Notes: a model not told the origin generated them from the sequence alone. A DNA stretch of 64,000 nucleotides from an uncultured Chloroflexia bacterium (GCA_963760625.1 CAVXDU010000002.1:670068-734067), one strand, 5' to 3'. Numbered from the stretch's first letter, positions 27,420 to 41,511 are shown. A program made the numbers and translations.

Positions 27420-28475
27420 TCAGGGAACAGTGGGCTTGTCGTTATCGAGCTCGGGAGAACCCGCGACCGGGTCCGTCCAGAGCTTGCCCGCGGTGTAGTC
27501 AGCCAGATTGTCCGGCGTCACGACCACGGAGGGCGTGAGCAGGATCTGGGGCACGGTCTCGCCAGCGAGCACCTTCTTCTCGGTGTCGATGACGGTCCTG
27601 CCCATGTTGACGGGGTCGACGCCCAGGGTGGCGCTGAACTTGCCTTCCTTCAGCAGGTCGAGGGTCGGCTGGTTGCCGTCGATGCCTACTGCGAAGAAGT
27701 CCTTGTTGATGACCTTGCCCAGCGCGTCTCCGGCGAGTGCCGCACCGATGGCCATCTCATCGCTGTTGCCGTAGAACACGTCGATATCCGGATCGGTCTG
27801 CCAGGCGATCGAGGCCACTTCCTGGCCCTTGGCCCGATCCCAGTCGGCAGCCTGCTCACCGACGACCGTGACATTCGGGCAGTACTTGGTCAGGCCGGCC
27901 TTGAAGCCGCCGGTCCGCCGATGCGAGAAGATGCTGTCGATACCCAGGAGGATGAACACCTTCCCCGTCGTCTCGGCGGCCGTGCTGCCGTACTTCCCGG
28001 CGATGAGGTCGCAGGTGGTCTTGGCCAGGTTCTCGGCGCCGCCCCACTGGTCGTAGCCGATGTATGAGGTGATCGTGCCATCCGAGAATGGCGTGATGAA
28101 GTTGTGGGCGAGGATGGGCACGTTCTTGTCATTCGCGGCCTTCACGGCGGTGACGGCGGCCTCCGTGCCGATGGGGTTGATGCTCAGGATGTTGACACCC
28201 GTTTCCAGCATCTGCTGGACGATAGTGACGAATCCCTGAAAGTCGTTTTCACTGGCCGGAGCCTGGACGTTGAGGCGCCAACCCAGGTCCTTGGCTGCGG
28301 CTGCCGCCCCCGTGACCATGGCGACGTGGAAGGGGCTGGTGAGCGCGGGCGGCACGAAACCTGAGACGATCGTTGGCCCGGGAGACGGGCTCTGGCCCAG
28401 GGCTGGCATGGCACTGGCGCCGATGGTCAGGGCGCTCGATAGCGCCGCGACGCGGAATACTCCTCGGGGTGTCAT
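27420..28475 (-). CDS. sugar ABC transporter substrate-binding protein (periplasmic binding protein type 1, ribose/xylose-like)
   Basis: Apparently intact. Signal-like [30 protein letters not shown]1 features [30 protein letters not shown]...[30 protein letters not shown]. Confidence 0.8.
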   Translation of the reverse strand: MTPRGVFRVAALSSALTIGASAMPALGQSPSPGPTIVSGFVPPALTSPFHVAMVTGAAAAAKDLGWRLNVQAPASENDFQGFVTIVQQMLETGVNILSINPIGTEAAVTAVKAANDKNVPILAHNFITPFSDGTITSYIGYDQWGGAENLAKTTCDLIAGKYGSTAAETTGKVFILLGIDSIFSHRRTGGFKAGLTKYCPNVTVVGEQAADWDRAKGQEVASIAWQTDPDIDVFYGNSDEMAIGAALAGDALGKVINKDFFAVGIDGNQPTLDLLKEGKFSATLGVDPVNMGRTVIDTEKKVLAGETVPQILLTPSVVVTPDNLADYTAGKLWTDPVAGSPELDNDKPTVP

Positions 28476-28575
28476 GGTGCGTGGCTCCTCCTGGTTGGCC
28501 GAACTCGGTGCTCGGCGCGGATGGTGGGCGGCACTCGAAGAAACTGCCCACTGAGAGGCGATACGGCCTTCCCTG

Positions 28576-29632
28576 TCAGCCACCCCCTTTCGCGCGCCAC
28601 GTCAGCCACGGGATCTGTCCCCGTCGGGCGACGTCGATAAGGACAGCCAGGACGATGATCGCGCCGATCACGATCTCCTTGGCATTGGAGGGGAAGCTCA
28701 GGTAGACCAGGCCGGCGTCGACGATCTTGATGATGAACACGCCAATGAGCGTGCCCCAGATGCCGCCGACGCCGCCACTCAACGAGGTGCCGCCGATGAC
28801 CACGGCAGCGACCGAGACCAGGGTCATGTTGGTGCCGTTCTGGTAGGCGCCTGACTGGAGCCGACCCATCACGAGGATGCCGCCGACCGCCGCAAGCAGG
28901 CCGCTGATGCCGTAGATCGCGATCTTGACCCGGGCCGTATTGACGCCGGAGAGCCGGGCGGCAGTCTCGTTGCCCCCGATCGCATATGTATAACGCCCGA
29001 ACTTCGTCTGTCGCAGGACGATCCAACTGATGCCATAGATGATCAGGGCGAGGATCAGCGGTACGGGGATGTTGACGCCGAGGATCGTCACAGTGTCCGG
29101 TGAGGAATCCCAGCAGGTCGTCCTTGTGGATGTAGATGCCCGAGCCATTCGAGAGCACCAAGGCGACACCCAGCAGGATGCTGCGGAATCCGAGCGTCAC
29201 GATGAACGGGTTCATCCGGAATGCGGTGACCAAGACCCCTTGGGACATGCCGATGAGCGCGCCCAGCCCGAGCGCCACGGGCAGCGCGATCCACGACGGG
29301 AGCCCACCGCCGAGCTGACCACCGCTGACATTGGTGCCCGCGATGATGATGGCGGCGATGACGCCACAGAAGGCGACCATGCCCTCGACCGAGAGGTCGA
29401 TGCCGCCGGTGAGGATGACAAAGGTCTGCCCGGCCGCGACGACGCCGATGGCGGACGCCTCCAGCCCGATGAGCATCAGGCTGGTGGGAGAGCGGAAGGG
29501 TGGCGAGATGGCCCACAGGATGGCCACCATGGCCAGTAGCACGAGGGCGGGACCGGCCCCCGAGATGGCACGCCGGCCCAGCCCCGCCGCCCGCGACGAT
29601 GACGATGCCAGGCTCGACCGCTCGCTTGTCAC
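28576..29632 (-). CDS. sugar ABC transporter permease (RbsC/branched-type), one frameshift
   Basis: [126 protein letters not shown]. Confidence 0.75.
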
Positions 29633-31223
29633 GAGCCCTGGACCAGCTGTGGCTCGAGGACCGGCTCATCGACCGTGGTCGCCAACGCGATGATGCGCTC
29701 CTGGGTCGCTTCCGCCCGCGTCAACTCGCCGCGGATCCGTCCTCCCTGCATCACGATGATCCGATCGCTGATGGCGAGGATCTCGAGGAGTTCGGAGCTG
29801 ACCATCAGGATGGTCACACCCTGGGTCGGCGAGCTCGGACATGATGCGGTAGATCTCGGCCTTCGCGCCGACGTCGATGCCCCGCGTCGGCTCGTCGAAG
29901 ATGAGCACCCGAGGCGTGGTCGCGAGCCACTTGCTGAGGACGACCTTCTGCTGCGTGCCACCCGACAGGTCCACCACCAGCTGCTGCTGGCTGGACGCCT
30001 TGATGGACAGCCGGTCGATGTAGCCCGCCGCCAGGCTGGACTCTTTGGCGGCACTGGTCCACGGTCGGGGCGTCAGACGCCCCAGGACGGCCAGCGAGAT
30101 GTTCTCACGGACGTTGAATTGCAGGACCAGCCCCTGGCCCTTCCGGTCCTCGGTCAGGAGGGCCATCCCGTGACGGATCGCGTCCTGTGGGCTCTTGATG
30201 TCCACCGGCTCGCCGTCCAGGAAGACGCGACCCGAATCGACCGGATCGGCACCGAAGATCGCCCGCACCACCTCCGTCCGCCCAGCACCGACCATTCCCG
30301 GCGATGCCAACGATCTCGCCCGCGTGCGCTACGAGATCGATGTCCCAGAAGGCGCCGGCTCGCGTGAGCCCCTCGACGCGCAGCACCTCGCGTCCAGCAT
30401 GCTCTTCGGTGTGCTTCGGGATCTGCTCCGAGAGTTCGCGCCCCACCATCATCCGGATCAGGCTGTCCACGGTAAGACTGGTGGTCGGCATGGTCGCGAT
30501 ATGGCGGCCATCGCGAAGCACCGTGGTCCTGTCGCTGATGTCGAACGTCTCTTCCAGGTGGTGGCTGATGAAGATGATGGACACGCCCTGGCGCTTCAGG
30601 TCGGCGACGATCTGGAACAGGTCGTCGATCTCGCGCTTGCTGAGCGATGCGGTCGGCTCGTCCATGATGATGAGATGGGCCTGGAGGTGGAGCGCCTTCG
30701 CGACCTCGACCATCTGTTGCTGGCCGACGCCGAGGCCGCCGACGGCGCGGGTCGGATCGATATCCAGATGCAGCCGCGCCAGCAGGGCTCGCGCCCGGGC
30801 GTGCATGGTCTGACGGTCCAGCAGGGGTCCGCGCTGCAGCTCGGTACCCAGGAAGATGTTCTCCGTCACGGACATCTGGGCGACCAGGTTCAGCTCCTGG
30901 TGGATGGTCACGATGCCGGCGTCGCGCGCCTGCCGGGGGGTCGAAACCGCGTACCGCTGTTGTCGGAAGGTCATCTCGCCGCTGTCGGGCTGATAGACGC
31001 CAGCCAGGATCTTGATGAGCGTCGACTTGCCGGCTCCATTCTCGCCGACAAGCGCATGCACTTCGCCGGCACGCATGTCGAAATCGACCTCCGACAGGGC
31101 CACCACCCCGGGGAAGCGCTTCGTGACCTTGCGCATCTCCAGCAGGGCCTCTGAGGACGTGTTCGGAGCGGCGAATCCCGGATCCAGGTCGGTCGATGGC
31201 GTGTCGACGTCAGGCCCCTTCAT
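29629..31223 (-). CDS. sugar ABC transporter ATP-binding protein with duplicated ATPase domains (RbsA-like), frameshifted
   Basis: Domain 1 Walker [10 protein letters not shown], signature [15 protein letters not shown], Walker [12 protein letters not shown]. Domain 2 [36 protein letters not shown]...ILMVSSEL. Confidence 0.8.
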
Positions 31224-31425
31224 GCAGAGTGACATCGTATGCATGCACTGCTCACGGCGTCAACGATGTGTCGCGTGCGACGTGGTGGCATGCTGCCGGA
31301 CGTACAGGTCCAGGGGACGCGCCAGCACCCTGCGAGAGCCGGGTGGGGCGCCACGTTGCGATGGCGATCCCATACACTGACCGCAGCCCACCGAGGAACC
31401 AGTCGACCCGAGGACGCCACGAGCC

Positions 31426-33132
<1,707 letters not shown>

Positions 33133-33135
<3 letters not shown>

Positions 33136-33600
33136 CCGGTCCGCGTGTCGATGCCGTCCTGGAGCCCGGCCAGCGCGCGTTGCTGGACGAGGCGCGCCGG
33201 GCGACGCTGGCCACCATCGGCCCGGACGGGCGGCCGCGCCTGGTGCCCTGCTGCTTCGCGCTCGATCGAGGACGCCGATGGCCCTGGTGGTCTACACGCC
33301 CATCGACGACAAGCCCAAGCGCTCGAGCGATCCGACGCTCGCTGGCACGGGTCCGGGACATCGAGCGTGATCCACGGGTGACGCTGCTGGTCGACCGCTG
33401 GGACGAGGACTGGACGCGACTCGCCTGGCTGCGGCTGGACGGCATCGCGCGGCTGATCTCGCCCGAGGACGAACGCCGGCGAGCATGACGCCGCGATCGC
33501 GGCGCTGCGGGCGCGCTACCCGCAGTACCGCACGCATGCCCTGGAGTCTGCTGCCGGTCATCCGCGTGGACGTGGACGCGGTGCGCGGCTGGACACCCTG
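33133..33600 (+). CDS. pyridoxamine 5-phosphate oxidase-like split-barrel protein (possibly F420-dependent PPOX class), frameshifted
   Basis: [30 protein letters not shown]...[27 protein letters not shown]. Cofactor assignment is a guess from family resemblance. Confidence 0.45.
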
Positions 33601-33630
33601 AGCCGCGTTTGTGAGCTTGACGTATCAGAG

Positions 33631-34913
33631 CTACAGGCCGGCGACGTTGACGATGCCTTCCGGGAAGTTGTCGGGGTCGCCCTGAATGGGCCCGGGCTCG
33701 GCTCTGGCCAACAGGATCGATCGGACCCTGGCTGGGCTGGCGCCTGGACGCGTGGCGAGGACCAGCGCCGCAGCCCCTGACACGAAGGGGGCCGAGAAGC
33801 TCGTCGCCGAGTCGTACGCATAGAGCCCGCCAGGGTACGTGGTGGTAATGCACACGCCTGGGGCACTGATGTCGACGGCCTCGCCGAAATTCGAGAAGGT
33901 GGCGAACCCGTCGTCGGCCTCGCCTTCCAGACACGGCGCCGGTCCCAACCCGCCGGGGAGTCCGTCGGTCTCGGCGAAGGCTGACACCGTGATGACCTCT
34001 GGCCACGCGGATGGACTGACGAGGCCGGCGTCCTGGGAGTCGTTGCCCGCTGAGGCAACGATCGTGATCCCAGAGGCGACCGCCTTGCACACAAGGGCGT
34101 GCAGCCGGTCCTCGACAACGCCGTTGACGACGCCGCACGGCCCGACCATCGGGTCGCCTTCGCTGAAGCTGAAGTTCGCGACGTCGATGGTGTCGCGGTG
34201 CTTGAGCAGCCACCGCAATCCGCATTCCAGTGCCGAGTTGGCGATGATCGTCCTCGTCGGCGATGCGGACAGCCCACAGACGTGCACCGGGTGCGATCCC
34301 GGCGATGCCGATGTCGTTGTCCTTCGCCCCGATCGAGTCCGGCCACCATGGTGCCGTGACCCTCGGCATCGGACCAGTTCGACGAGTTACCGGGAATGCA
34401 GCTGATGCCACCGACGACCCGGAGATCGGGGTGGTGACGGTCGATGCCCGTGTCGAACACGGCCACATCCACATTGATGGGCGGACCCTTCCCGTCGATG
34501 TCGGCGGTGGGGCTGGAGAGGAGGCCGACGCGGCGTTCCGCGGCCTTGATCACCTGAGCGGGCTGCTCGGGCTGTGTCTTGGGTTTGCGGGGGTCGATCC
34601 GACCGGCGATCCGATCCTTGCGTACCGAGAGCACGTCAGGGTCGCGGGCCAACTTCGCCGCTTGCCTGGCATCAACACGGCCCGCGAAACCCTTGGGGTT
34701 CTCAACGAAGACCAGGTCCGCTGTAACCCCAGTCCGTTCCGCGACGGACGCGGGATCTGAAGAAGCGGCGACGTCGACGATCACCCGACCGGTGGGGACA
34801 CGGTCGTCGCCAGATCGGTGAGCCGCCCTGGCCGAGCCAAGTGCACTCGCAGGGACTGAGCCCATTGCCACGAGGGCCAGCAGGGCGACCATGATCAGTG
34901 CAGGTCTACGCAC
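33631..34913 (-). CDS. secreted subtilisin-like serine peptidase (S8) with N-terminal propeptide, one frameshift
   Basis: Signal [25 protein letters not shown]9-like propeptide. Catalytic-triad regions [33 protein letters not shown] and [16 protein letters not shown]. Confidence 0.8.
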
Positions 34914-35012
34914 GCGCCGTCTCCTCGATGGTGTGGCTCGGGTCGTCAGGGGGGTGCAGTGTACGGTGGCAGCCGTTCGTCAGGTGGACGGACCCGCTGG
35001 AAGAGGAGAGTG

Positions 35013-35769
35013 GATGATGATCGTCCAGACGAATCGGTACCTGGTCCGGGTCAGGAAGTTCACGGTCGGTGCCGTGGTGGGGGCCATCGCGGCGCTGGCA
35101 CTCACCACTACCGCAATGGCACAGAGCCCTGGACCGGCGGTGCCGAGTGGCGGCATCACCATCCACACCGAGGAGGTCGTATTCAGCTGGGTTGCACCTG
35201 GCGAGCCGGATCCACTCGGAGTGCCATACGGTGAGTGGGCCGGGCGTTGGTGGGACTGGTTCATCGGCACGCCCGCGGACAAGAACCCATCGGTCGTCGA
35301 CAACTGTGCGGCCGGACTCACGGGTGATGTCCTGATGCTCCCAACCGCAAACCTCGGCAAGACATTCGAGATCAACTGCAACATCACCGAGGGCCAGTCG
35401 GTACTAGCGAGTGCAGGTGGAACGCTCTGCGATGACTCGGGCGAGCCGCCCCAGGACGGCGAGGACCTCGTCCGATGCGTGGATCTCGCCCGCAGCGACT
35501 TCCTGAACCCGCGGATCACGGTCGACGGCTACGAGGTCCCCGACATCACGAGGTTGTGGGCGCTGAGCCCGAAGTTCTCGCTCGATTGGCCCGAGAACAA
35601 CATCTTCGGCATCCCGCCACGGACCTCCAACGCGGTGGCAGGCGCCTGGCTGGCGATGATCGACCTGCCCGTAGGCGCACACCGGATCGTCGTCTCGGAC
35701 GAGGCCTTCGATGCGGGGTCCATCCAGTCAGCCAAACTCACCGCGAACGTGCAGGTGGCGGCGAAGTAG
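35013..35769 (+). CDS. hypothetical secreted protein
   Basis: Intact frame. N-terminal TM/signal RKFTVGAVVGAIAALALTTTAMAQSP. No recognised domain. Several Cys. Confidence 0.5.
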
Positions 35770-35837
35770 CCGCCGTCCGCTCACTCTCTCCCTGGATCGG
35801 TCGCGCAGAGCGTCGACCACTCACCGCTGCCCGGTCT

Positions 35838-36290
35838 CGGCCTTGATGAGGCGACCGGACCGGGTCATGGCCCGGGTCGCGAGTGCGTCGACCGCCATCG
35901 CGACGATCGGCCCGGTCGGCCATCGGCCAGCGGCCGGACGACGGCCAGGAACTGGTCCGCGCGTGCCCGGTCGAACATCGCCAGCAGCGCCGCCCCCTGG
36001 GGCGTCAGGGTCAGCAGTCGCTGACGCCGGTCGGCGACCTCCTCGGTCCGCGAGCAGCAGGCCCCGCCGCTCCAGGCCGGTGGCGATCCGGCTCGCCGCG
36101 GACGGCGACCGACCCAGCTGCTCGCCCAGGTCGGCGACCGTGAGGGACGCCGGTCCCGGCCACGGCGTACAGGGTGGTCAGCTGCAGGAAGCCGAGGTCG
36201 ATGGTCGCTCAGCTGCGAGCGGCGAACCCGGTGATGAGGTCGCGCCAGATCGCCCGCAGCACGAGGATGCGGTCGCCCGGCAGGCCGCCG
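35838..36290 (-). CDS. MarR family transcriptional regulator, frameshifted
   Basis: Minus-strand segments LTVADLGEQLGRSPSAASRIATGLERRGLLLR...ADRRQRLLTLTPQGAALLAMFDRARADQ. Divergent from fabD. Boundaries uncertain. Confidence 0.45.
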
Positions 36291-36562
36291 GCGCCCAGCT
36301 CATCCCGGGCCGCCTGGACGACCGGGTCGAGCAGCCCCTGGGAGCGACGGTCGACGGCCACCGACGAGCACCTCGGATCCGTGGCGGACCTGTGGAGCGA
36401 GCGGTAGGCGAGGCGCCACGAGGCCAGATACGTGCATCGTTGCACATATTCCAGACATCCGAGGCTGTCCGGTTTGGTACGGTTCGCGGGGTCGCACGTC
36501 GGGCGACCTGAGCGCGCCCGCCGTGCAGGTCGCGCTCCAGACGCAACCAGGAGGCCTACCGC

Positions 36563-37545
36563 GTGCGGATCTGGCGCTCGTCTTCCCCGGCCAGGGGTCG
36601 CAGATCGGTGGGCATGGGTCGCGCCCTCGTCGGGACCCCGGCGGAGCGCCGTGTTCGCGGAGGCCGATGCGGCACTCGGCGATCGCCCTGTCGACGCTCA
36701 TCGCCGAGGGCCCGGCCGAGACCGCTGGACCTGACCGAGAACTCCCAGCCGGCCATCCTGGCCATCTCGATCGCGCTGTTCCGGGCCTGGGTCCCGGCCG
36801 CCGCGGCCGCCGGACTGCCGGCACCGGCGTACTTCGCGGGCCACTCCATGGGCCAGTACAGCGCCATGGTCGCCGCCGGCGTGCTGGACCTCGGCGATGC
36901 GCTCCGCCTGGTGCGGGCCCGCGGCCGGCTGATGCAGGGCTCGTCCCCCGACGGCGCCATGGCCGCCATCATCGGCCTCGACGACGCGCGGCATCCCGGA
37001 GCTGGAGGCCATCGGCGCGGCCGCCGGCGTGTTCACGGTCGCCAATCGCAACTCTCCCGGCCAGATCGTGGTCAGCGGCGTCGACCGCGGCCGTCGCAGG
37101 CCGCGGCGGATGCCGCCAAGGGCACTCGGCGCCAAGCGGGCCATCGTGCTGCCGGTGAGCGTCGCGGCGCACTCGCCGCTCATGGCGGCCGCCGCGGACG
37201 GCATGCGCGCCGAGCTCGCCGACGATCACCTTCCGCGACCCGGTCGGCGCCGCTGCTGGCCAACGCGGACGCGCGGCCGCTGACCACCGGCGAGGCGTGC
37301 CGCGCGGAGCTCATCGAGCACCTGACGCGCGGCGTCGACTGGGTGCGCGCCGTGCGGACGATGCGCGACGACGGCGTCGACACCTTCGTGGAGGTCGGCC
37401 CCGGCAAGGTGCTCACCAACCTCATCCGGCGCATCGCGCCGGAGGCACGGACCCTCGCGTCCGACGACCCCGCCGCGCCGTCGGGCGTGGCCGACCCCAC
37501 CTCCCTGCTCGACCAGCCCACCGCTCACGGAGTAGCCCGCATGCG
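36563..37545 (+). CDS. fabD: malonyl CoA-acyl carrier protein transacylase, frameshifted
   Basis: LALVFPGQGSQ, VGMGRAL, LDLTENSQPAILAISIALFRAW, FAGHSMGQYSAMVAAGVL (GHSxG), FTVANRNSPGQIVVSG, LPVSVAAHSPLM, VEVGPGKVLTNLIRRI. Confidence 0.8.
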
Positions 37546-37568
37546 CAAAGCCCGACTTCAGCCGCCGA

Positions 37569-38807
37569 GTGGCCGTCACCGGCCTGGGCATCGTGAGCCC
37601 CGTGGGCGCCGACATCCCGACCGCGTGGGCCAACCTGACCGCGGGCACAGTCGGGCCTGCGCGAGATCACCTACTGGGACGCCTCGAACCTCGAGTGCCA
37701 CGCGGCCGGCGAGGTCCACGACTTCGACCCCAACGCCTGGATGGACTTCAAGGCCGTCCGGCGCACGGACAAGAACGTGGTGTTCGGGGTGGCCGCGGCC
37801 AAGCAGGCGGCCGCGGACGCGGGCCTCGTCGTCGATGCCTCGAACGCGGACGAGGTCGGCGTCTACTTCGGCTCCGGCGTGGGTGGGCCGGGACTCATGG
37901 CCGATGCCATCGAGACCATGAAGACGCGGCCCCGGTCGGTCAGCCCGTTCTTCATCGCCAACATGCTGCCCGACACCGCGTCCGGCCAGATCGCCATCGA
38001 GCTCGGCGCGCGCGGGCCGAACATGTGCATCGTGACCGCCTGCTCCACGGGCACCCACAACATCGGCGAGGCGGCCGAGGGCATCCGCCGGGGCGACTTC
38101 CACACGGTCATCGCGGGCTCCACCGAGACGCCCCTGTTCGAGGTCGGCTACGTCGGCTTCAGCAACATGCGGGGCATGGGCACGCCCCGCGAGGACGAGG
38201 GCCTGACGATCCATCTCGCGACCGTTCGACCGGACCCGCAACGGCTTCGTGCTGGGCGAGGGCGCCGGCGCCATGGTGCTGGAGGACCTCGAGATCGCCA
38301 AGGCGCGCGGCGCGCGGGTCTACGCCGAGGTGGTGGGCTACGGCTCGGCGGGCGACGCCTGGGACCTCATCCAGCCGGTCGAGAAGGGCGACGGCACGCG
38401 GCGTGCCATGGAGTGGGCGCTCGCAGCGCCACGACACGCCCCGCGACCAGATCGACCTCATCAACCCCCACGGCACGTCGACCCCGCTGGGCGACCTGCG
38501 CGAGGCACAGGCCATCCACTCCGTGTTCGGTGACCGGGCGACGGAGATCGCCATCAGCGGCACCAAGTCGATGACCGGCCACCTGATGGGCGCGGCGGGC
38601 GCCGTCGAGGGCGTGTTCACGGTGCTGTCCGTGTTCCACCAGATGGCGCCCGCCACGCTCAACTACCGCGAGCCGGATCCGGAGATCGACCTGGACGTGG
38701 TCCACGGCGCGTCGCGGCCGATGGAGATCCGCTACGCCATGTCCGACAACATCGGCCTGGGCGGCCACAACGGCGCGGTCATCTTCAAGCGCTACGACGG
38801 CGACTGA
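37569..38807 (+). CDS. fabF: 3-oxoacyl-ACP synthase II (KAS II), frameshifted
   Basis: VAVTGLGIVSPVG, CIVTACSTGTHNIGEAA (active-site Cys), RPFDRTRNGFVLGEGAGAMVLEDLEIAKARGARVYAEVVGYG, INPHGTSTPLGD, GTKSMTGHLMGAAG, NIGLGGHNGAVIFKRYD. Confidence 0.85.
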   Translation: MAVTGLGIVSPVGADIPTAWANLTAGTVGPARDHLLGRLEPRVPRGRRGPRLRPQRLDGLQGRPAHGQERGVRGGRGQAGGRGRGPRRRCLERGRGRRLLRLRRGWAGTHGRCHRDHEDAAPVGQPVLHRQHAARHRVRPDRHRARRARAEHVHRDRLLHGHPQHRRGGRGHPPGRLPHGHRGLHRDAPVRGRLRRLQQHAGHGHAPRGRGPDDPSRDRSTGPATASCWARAPAPWCWRTSRSPRRAARGSTPRWWATARRATPGTSSSRSRRATARGVPWSGRSQRHDTPRDQIDLINPHGTSTPLGDLREAQAIHSVFGDRATEIAISGTKSMTGHLMGAAGAVEGVFTVLSVFHQMAPATLNYREPDPEIDLDVVHGASRPMEIRYAMSDNIGLGGHNGAVIFKRYDGD

Positions 38808-38865
38808 CGGCCCTGTTTCGGCTGCGATCCCGGCAGCTCACGGCCGTCAGGTGCCAAGATGAGCC

Positions 38866-39249
38866 ATGAGCAGCCACACCCCCAGCCACCCATCGCCGGT
38901 CACGGCCGCCTACTACTACCGCGTCAAGTGGGGCCATCACGAGGAGTGGCTGGACCTATTCCGCCGCAACCACTGGCCCATCCTCCGGGAACAGCTGCGA
39001 GATGGGCGGTTCACCGATGTGCGGCTCTACGAGCCGCGGTTCCATGGCGACGGTCGGGCCGACTGGGACGTGATGGTGACCATCACATACCGTGACTGGG
39101 CAGCGCTGGAGGCGCGCAGCGAGGCGGACGTCAAGCTCCGGCTGTATCCCGACCAGGACCGCTTCCGGTCCGAGGAGGCTCGCCGGTTCGAGCTGCTCGA
39201 GGCACACTGGGACACACCCTTGATCGAACTCGAGTTGCCCGCCGGGTGA
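38866..39249 (+). CDS. small hypothetical protein (NIPSNAP/Dabb-like alpha-beta barrel?)
   Basis: Intact 127-aa ORF MSSHTPSHPSPVTAAYYYRVKWGHHEEWLDLFRRNHWPILREQL...DVMVTITYRDWAALEARSE. Family tentative. Confidence 0.45.
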   Translation: MSSHTPSHPSPVTAAYYYRVKWGHHEEWLDLFRRNHWPILREQLRDGRFTDVRLYEPRFHGDGRADWDVMVTITYRDWAALEARSEADVKLRLYPDQDRFRSEEARRFELLEAHWDTPLIELELPAG

Positions 39250-40139
39250 CCGCTCCGGACCGGGCCGACCCCGTGCTCGGCTTCTACGGGCCAGGCTCGC
39301 TCATGTGGCGCATCAACCGGGAGGCCGTGTTGCTGGGGGCGGGCCCCACCGCAACGCTCCTTCAGCTCGCGCATCCGCTCATCGCCGAGGGGGTGGCACA
39401 TCACAGCGACTTCCTGGCCGACCCGTTTGGCCGGCTGCGACGAACGCTGTCCACGACCATGGACCTGGTCTTCGGCGACGGCCCCGCCGCGGAGGCTGCG
39501 ATCCGACGGCTCAACGGCGTCCATGCGACGGTGCGTGGCCCCGTTCGTGACGATGGTGCTGCCCTGGCCACCGGCCAGGATGCGTATCGGGCGCTCGATC
39601 CCGAGTTGCTGCTGTGGGTCCAGGCGACACTCGTCGTGACCAGCGTCCGGGCGTACCGGAGATGGGTAGGCCGCTTGTCGGACCTCGAGGCAGCCAAGTT
39701 CTGGGCCGAAGCTCGCTCGGTGGGTGTCCGGATGGGTATCCCGCTGGGCGTCAGTCCCGTGGACTGGGCCGGGCTGTCCCGGTACTGGGCCCGGATGCTG
39801 GCCCCGGACGGACCGATCCAGGTCACCGATACGGCCCGGACGCTGGCGCCGATGCTGGTGCGTCCACCATTGCCTGGCACGCCCGGATGGGCGGTCGACC
39901 TGCTGGCACTGCCTGGGCTGGCACTGCTGCCAGCACGCCTCGCGGTCGCGTACGGGATCCCCATGGGGCGCCGGCGCACCCAGGCAGCCACGACCATCAC
40001 CCGGGCAGTGCGACTGTGGACGAGGGCCGTTCCGGCGACCTGGCGGTCGATGCCGCAGGCACGCGCCGCGGACCGCCGGGCGCGGGCAGCCCGCCCGCGT
40101 GGCCGCCGGACCGGGGCCCTGGAGACCGCCTCGAGGTGA
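39246..40139 (+). CDS. MpaB-family (DUF2236) oxygenase-like protein
   Basis: Intact 297 aa. PGSLMWRINREAVLLGAGPTATLLQLAHPLIAEGVAHHSDFLADPFGRLRRTLSTTMDLVFGDGPAAEAAIRRLNGVHATVRG, typical of the DUF2236/MpaB/latex-clearing-protein fold. Confidence 0.65.
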   Translation: MTAPDRADPVLGFYGPGSLMWRINREAVLLGAGPTATLLQLAHPLIAEGVAHHSDFLADPFGRLRRTLSTTMDLVFGDGPAAEAAIRRLNGVHATVRGPVRDDGAALATGQDAYRALDPELLLWVQATLVVTSVRAYRRWVGRLSDLEAAKFWAEARSVGVRMGIPLGVSPVDWAGLSRYWARMLAPDGPIQVTDTARTLAPMLVRPPLPGTPGWAVDLLALPGLALLPARLAVAYGIPMGRRRTQAATTITRAVRLWTRAVPATWRSMPQARAADRRARAARPRGRRTGALETASR

Positions 40140-40181
40140 GGGGCGGCTACCATACGCTGACCACCCCGAGGAGCCCGACCC

Positions 40182-41452
40182 GTGCCTGACACCGACCTGT
40201 CCCGACGCGCCGTCGTCACCGGCATGGGCGCCGTCACGCCGATCGGCAACGACTTCCCGACCTTCTGGCGGAACCTTGTTGCGGGGTGTCAGCGGCGGAG
40301 GCCCGATCACCCACTTCGACGCGAGTGGCTACGACGTCCGCATCGCGGCCGAGGTGAAGGACTTCGATCCCGACCGTGGCCATGGATCGCAAGATGGCCC
40401 GCCGGATGAGCCGCTTCATCCACCTCGGCATGGCCGCAGGCAAGGAGGCGGTCGAGGATGCCGGCCTGGACTTCGGATCGTTCGGTCCAGACCAGCTGGA
40501 CCGGGTGGCGGTCACGGTCAACACCAGCGGCGGGGGCCAGGAGCAGGTCATCGATGGCACGGCCACCCTGCACGCCAAGGGTCCGGGACAGGTGAGCCCG
40601 TTCGCCATCCCAGCCCTGTCCGGGTCCATGGCCGCCTGCCTGCTGTCCATGGAGTACGGGCTGACGGGTCCGGTCACGACCCAGGTGGCCGCTTGTGCCA
40701 GCTCCGTCATCGCGTTCCAGGACGGCTTGCGCATGATCCAGCGGGGTGAGGTGGATGTGGTCCTGGCAGGTGGGTCCGAGGCGCCCTTGCTGCCGGTGGC
40801 CTTCGCGGCCTTGTCCAACATGGGCGCGCTGTCCAAGCGCAACGACGACCCCGAGCACGCATCGAGGCCGTTCGACCGCGACCGGGATGGCTTCCTGTTC
40901 GGCGAGGGCGCCGGTGTGGTGATCCTCGAGAGCGCCGAACATGCCCTTGCGCGCGGTGCCACCATCCATGCCGAAGTGCTGGGCGCTGCCCTGACCGCGG
41001 ACGCGTTCCACATCTCGGCACCGGAACCGACCGGTCGCGGAGCGACCCGGGCGATGACCATGGCCCTGCGGGACGCGGGCACTGCACCCGATGAAGTCGA
41101 CTACATCGTCGCCCACGGAACGTCCACGCCACTCAACGACGTGACCGAGACCCGCGCCATCAAGGCAGCGTTCGGGGACCACGCGCGGCACGTCGCCGTG
41201 TCGTCCCCCAAGTCCATGGTGGGCCACCTGCTGGGTGCGGCGGGTGTCATGAGTGCCTTGACCGCCATCGGCGCCATACGCGACAACGTGGTGCCTCCGA
41301 CCATCAATCTCGCGAACCCCGACCTGCCCGAATGCGACCTGGACTACACGCCCAATGTCGCGCGCCAGCGCCGCGTGGATACGGCGATCATCAACGGCTT
41401 CGGCTTTGGCGGGCAGAACGCGGTCGCTGTCTTCCGCCGCTTCGAGGCGTAG
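40182..41452 (+). CDS. 3-oxoacyl-ACP synthase II paralog (KAS II), one frameshift near 40290
   Basis: RRAVVTGMGAVTPIGND, QVAACASSVIAFQDGLRMIQRGEVDVVLAGGSEA, RPFDRDRDGFLFGEGAGVVILESAEHALARGATIHAEVLG, IVAHGTSTPLND, SPKSMVGHLLGAAG, INGFGFGGQNAVAVFRRFEA. Confidence 0.85.
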
Positions 41453-41511
41453 TCCGAAGGCCTGGCTTGAACGGTCCCCAAATACTCCCGACATCTGGGA
41501 GGTGATCGCCG

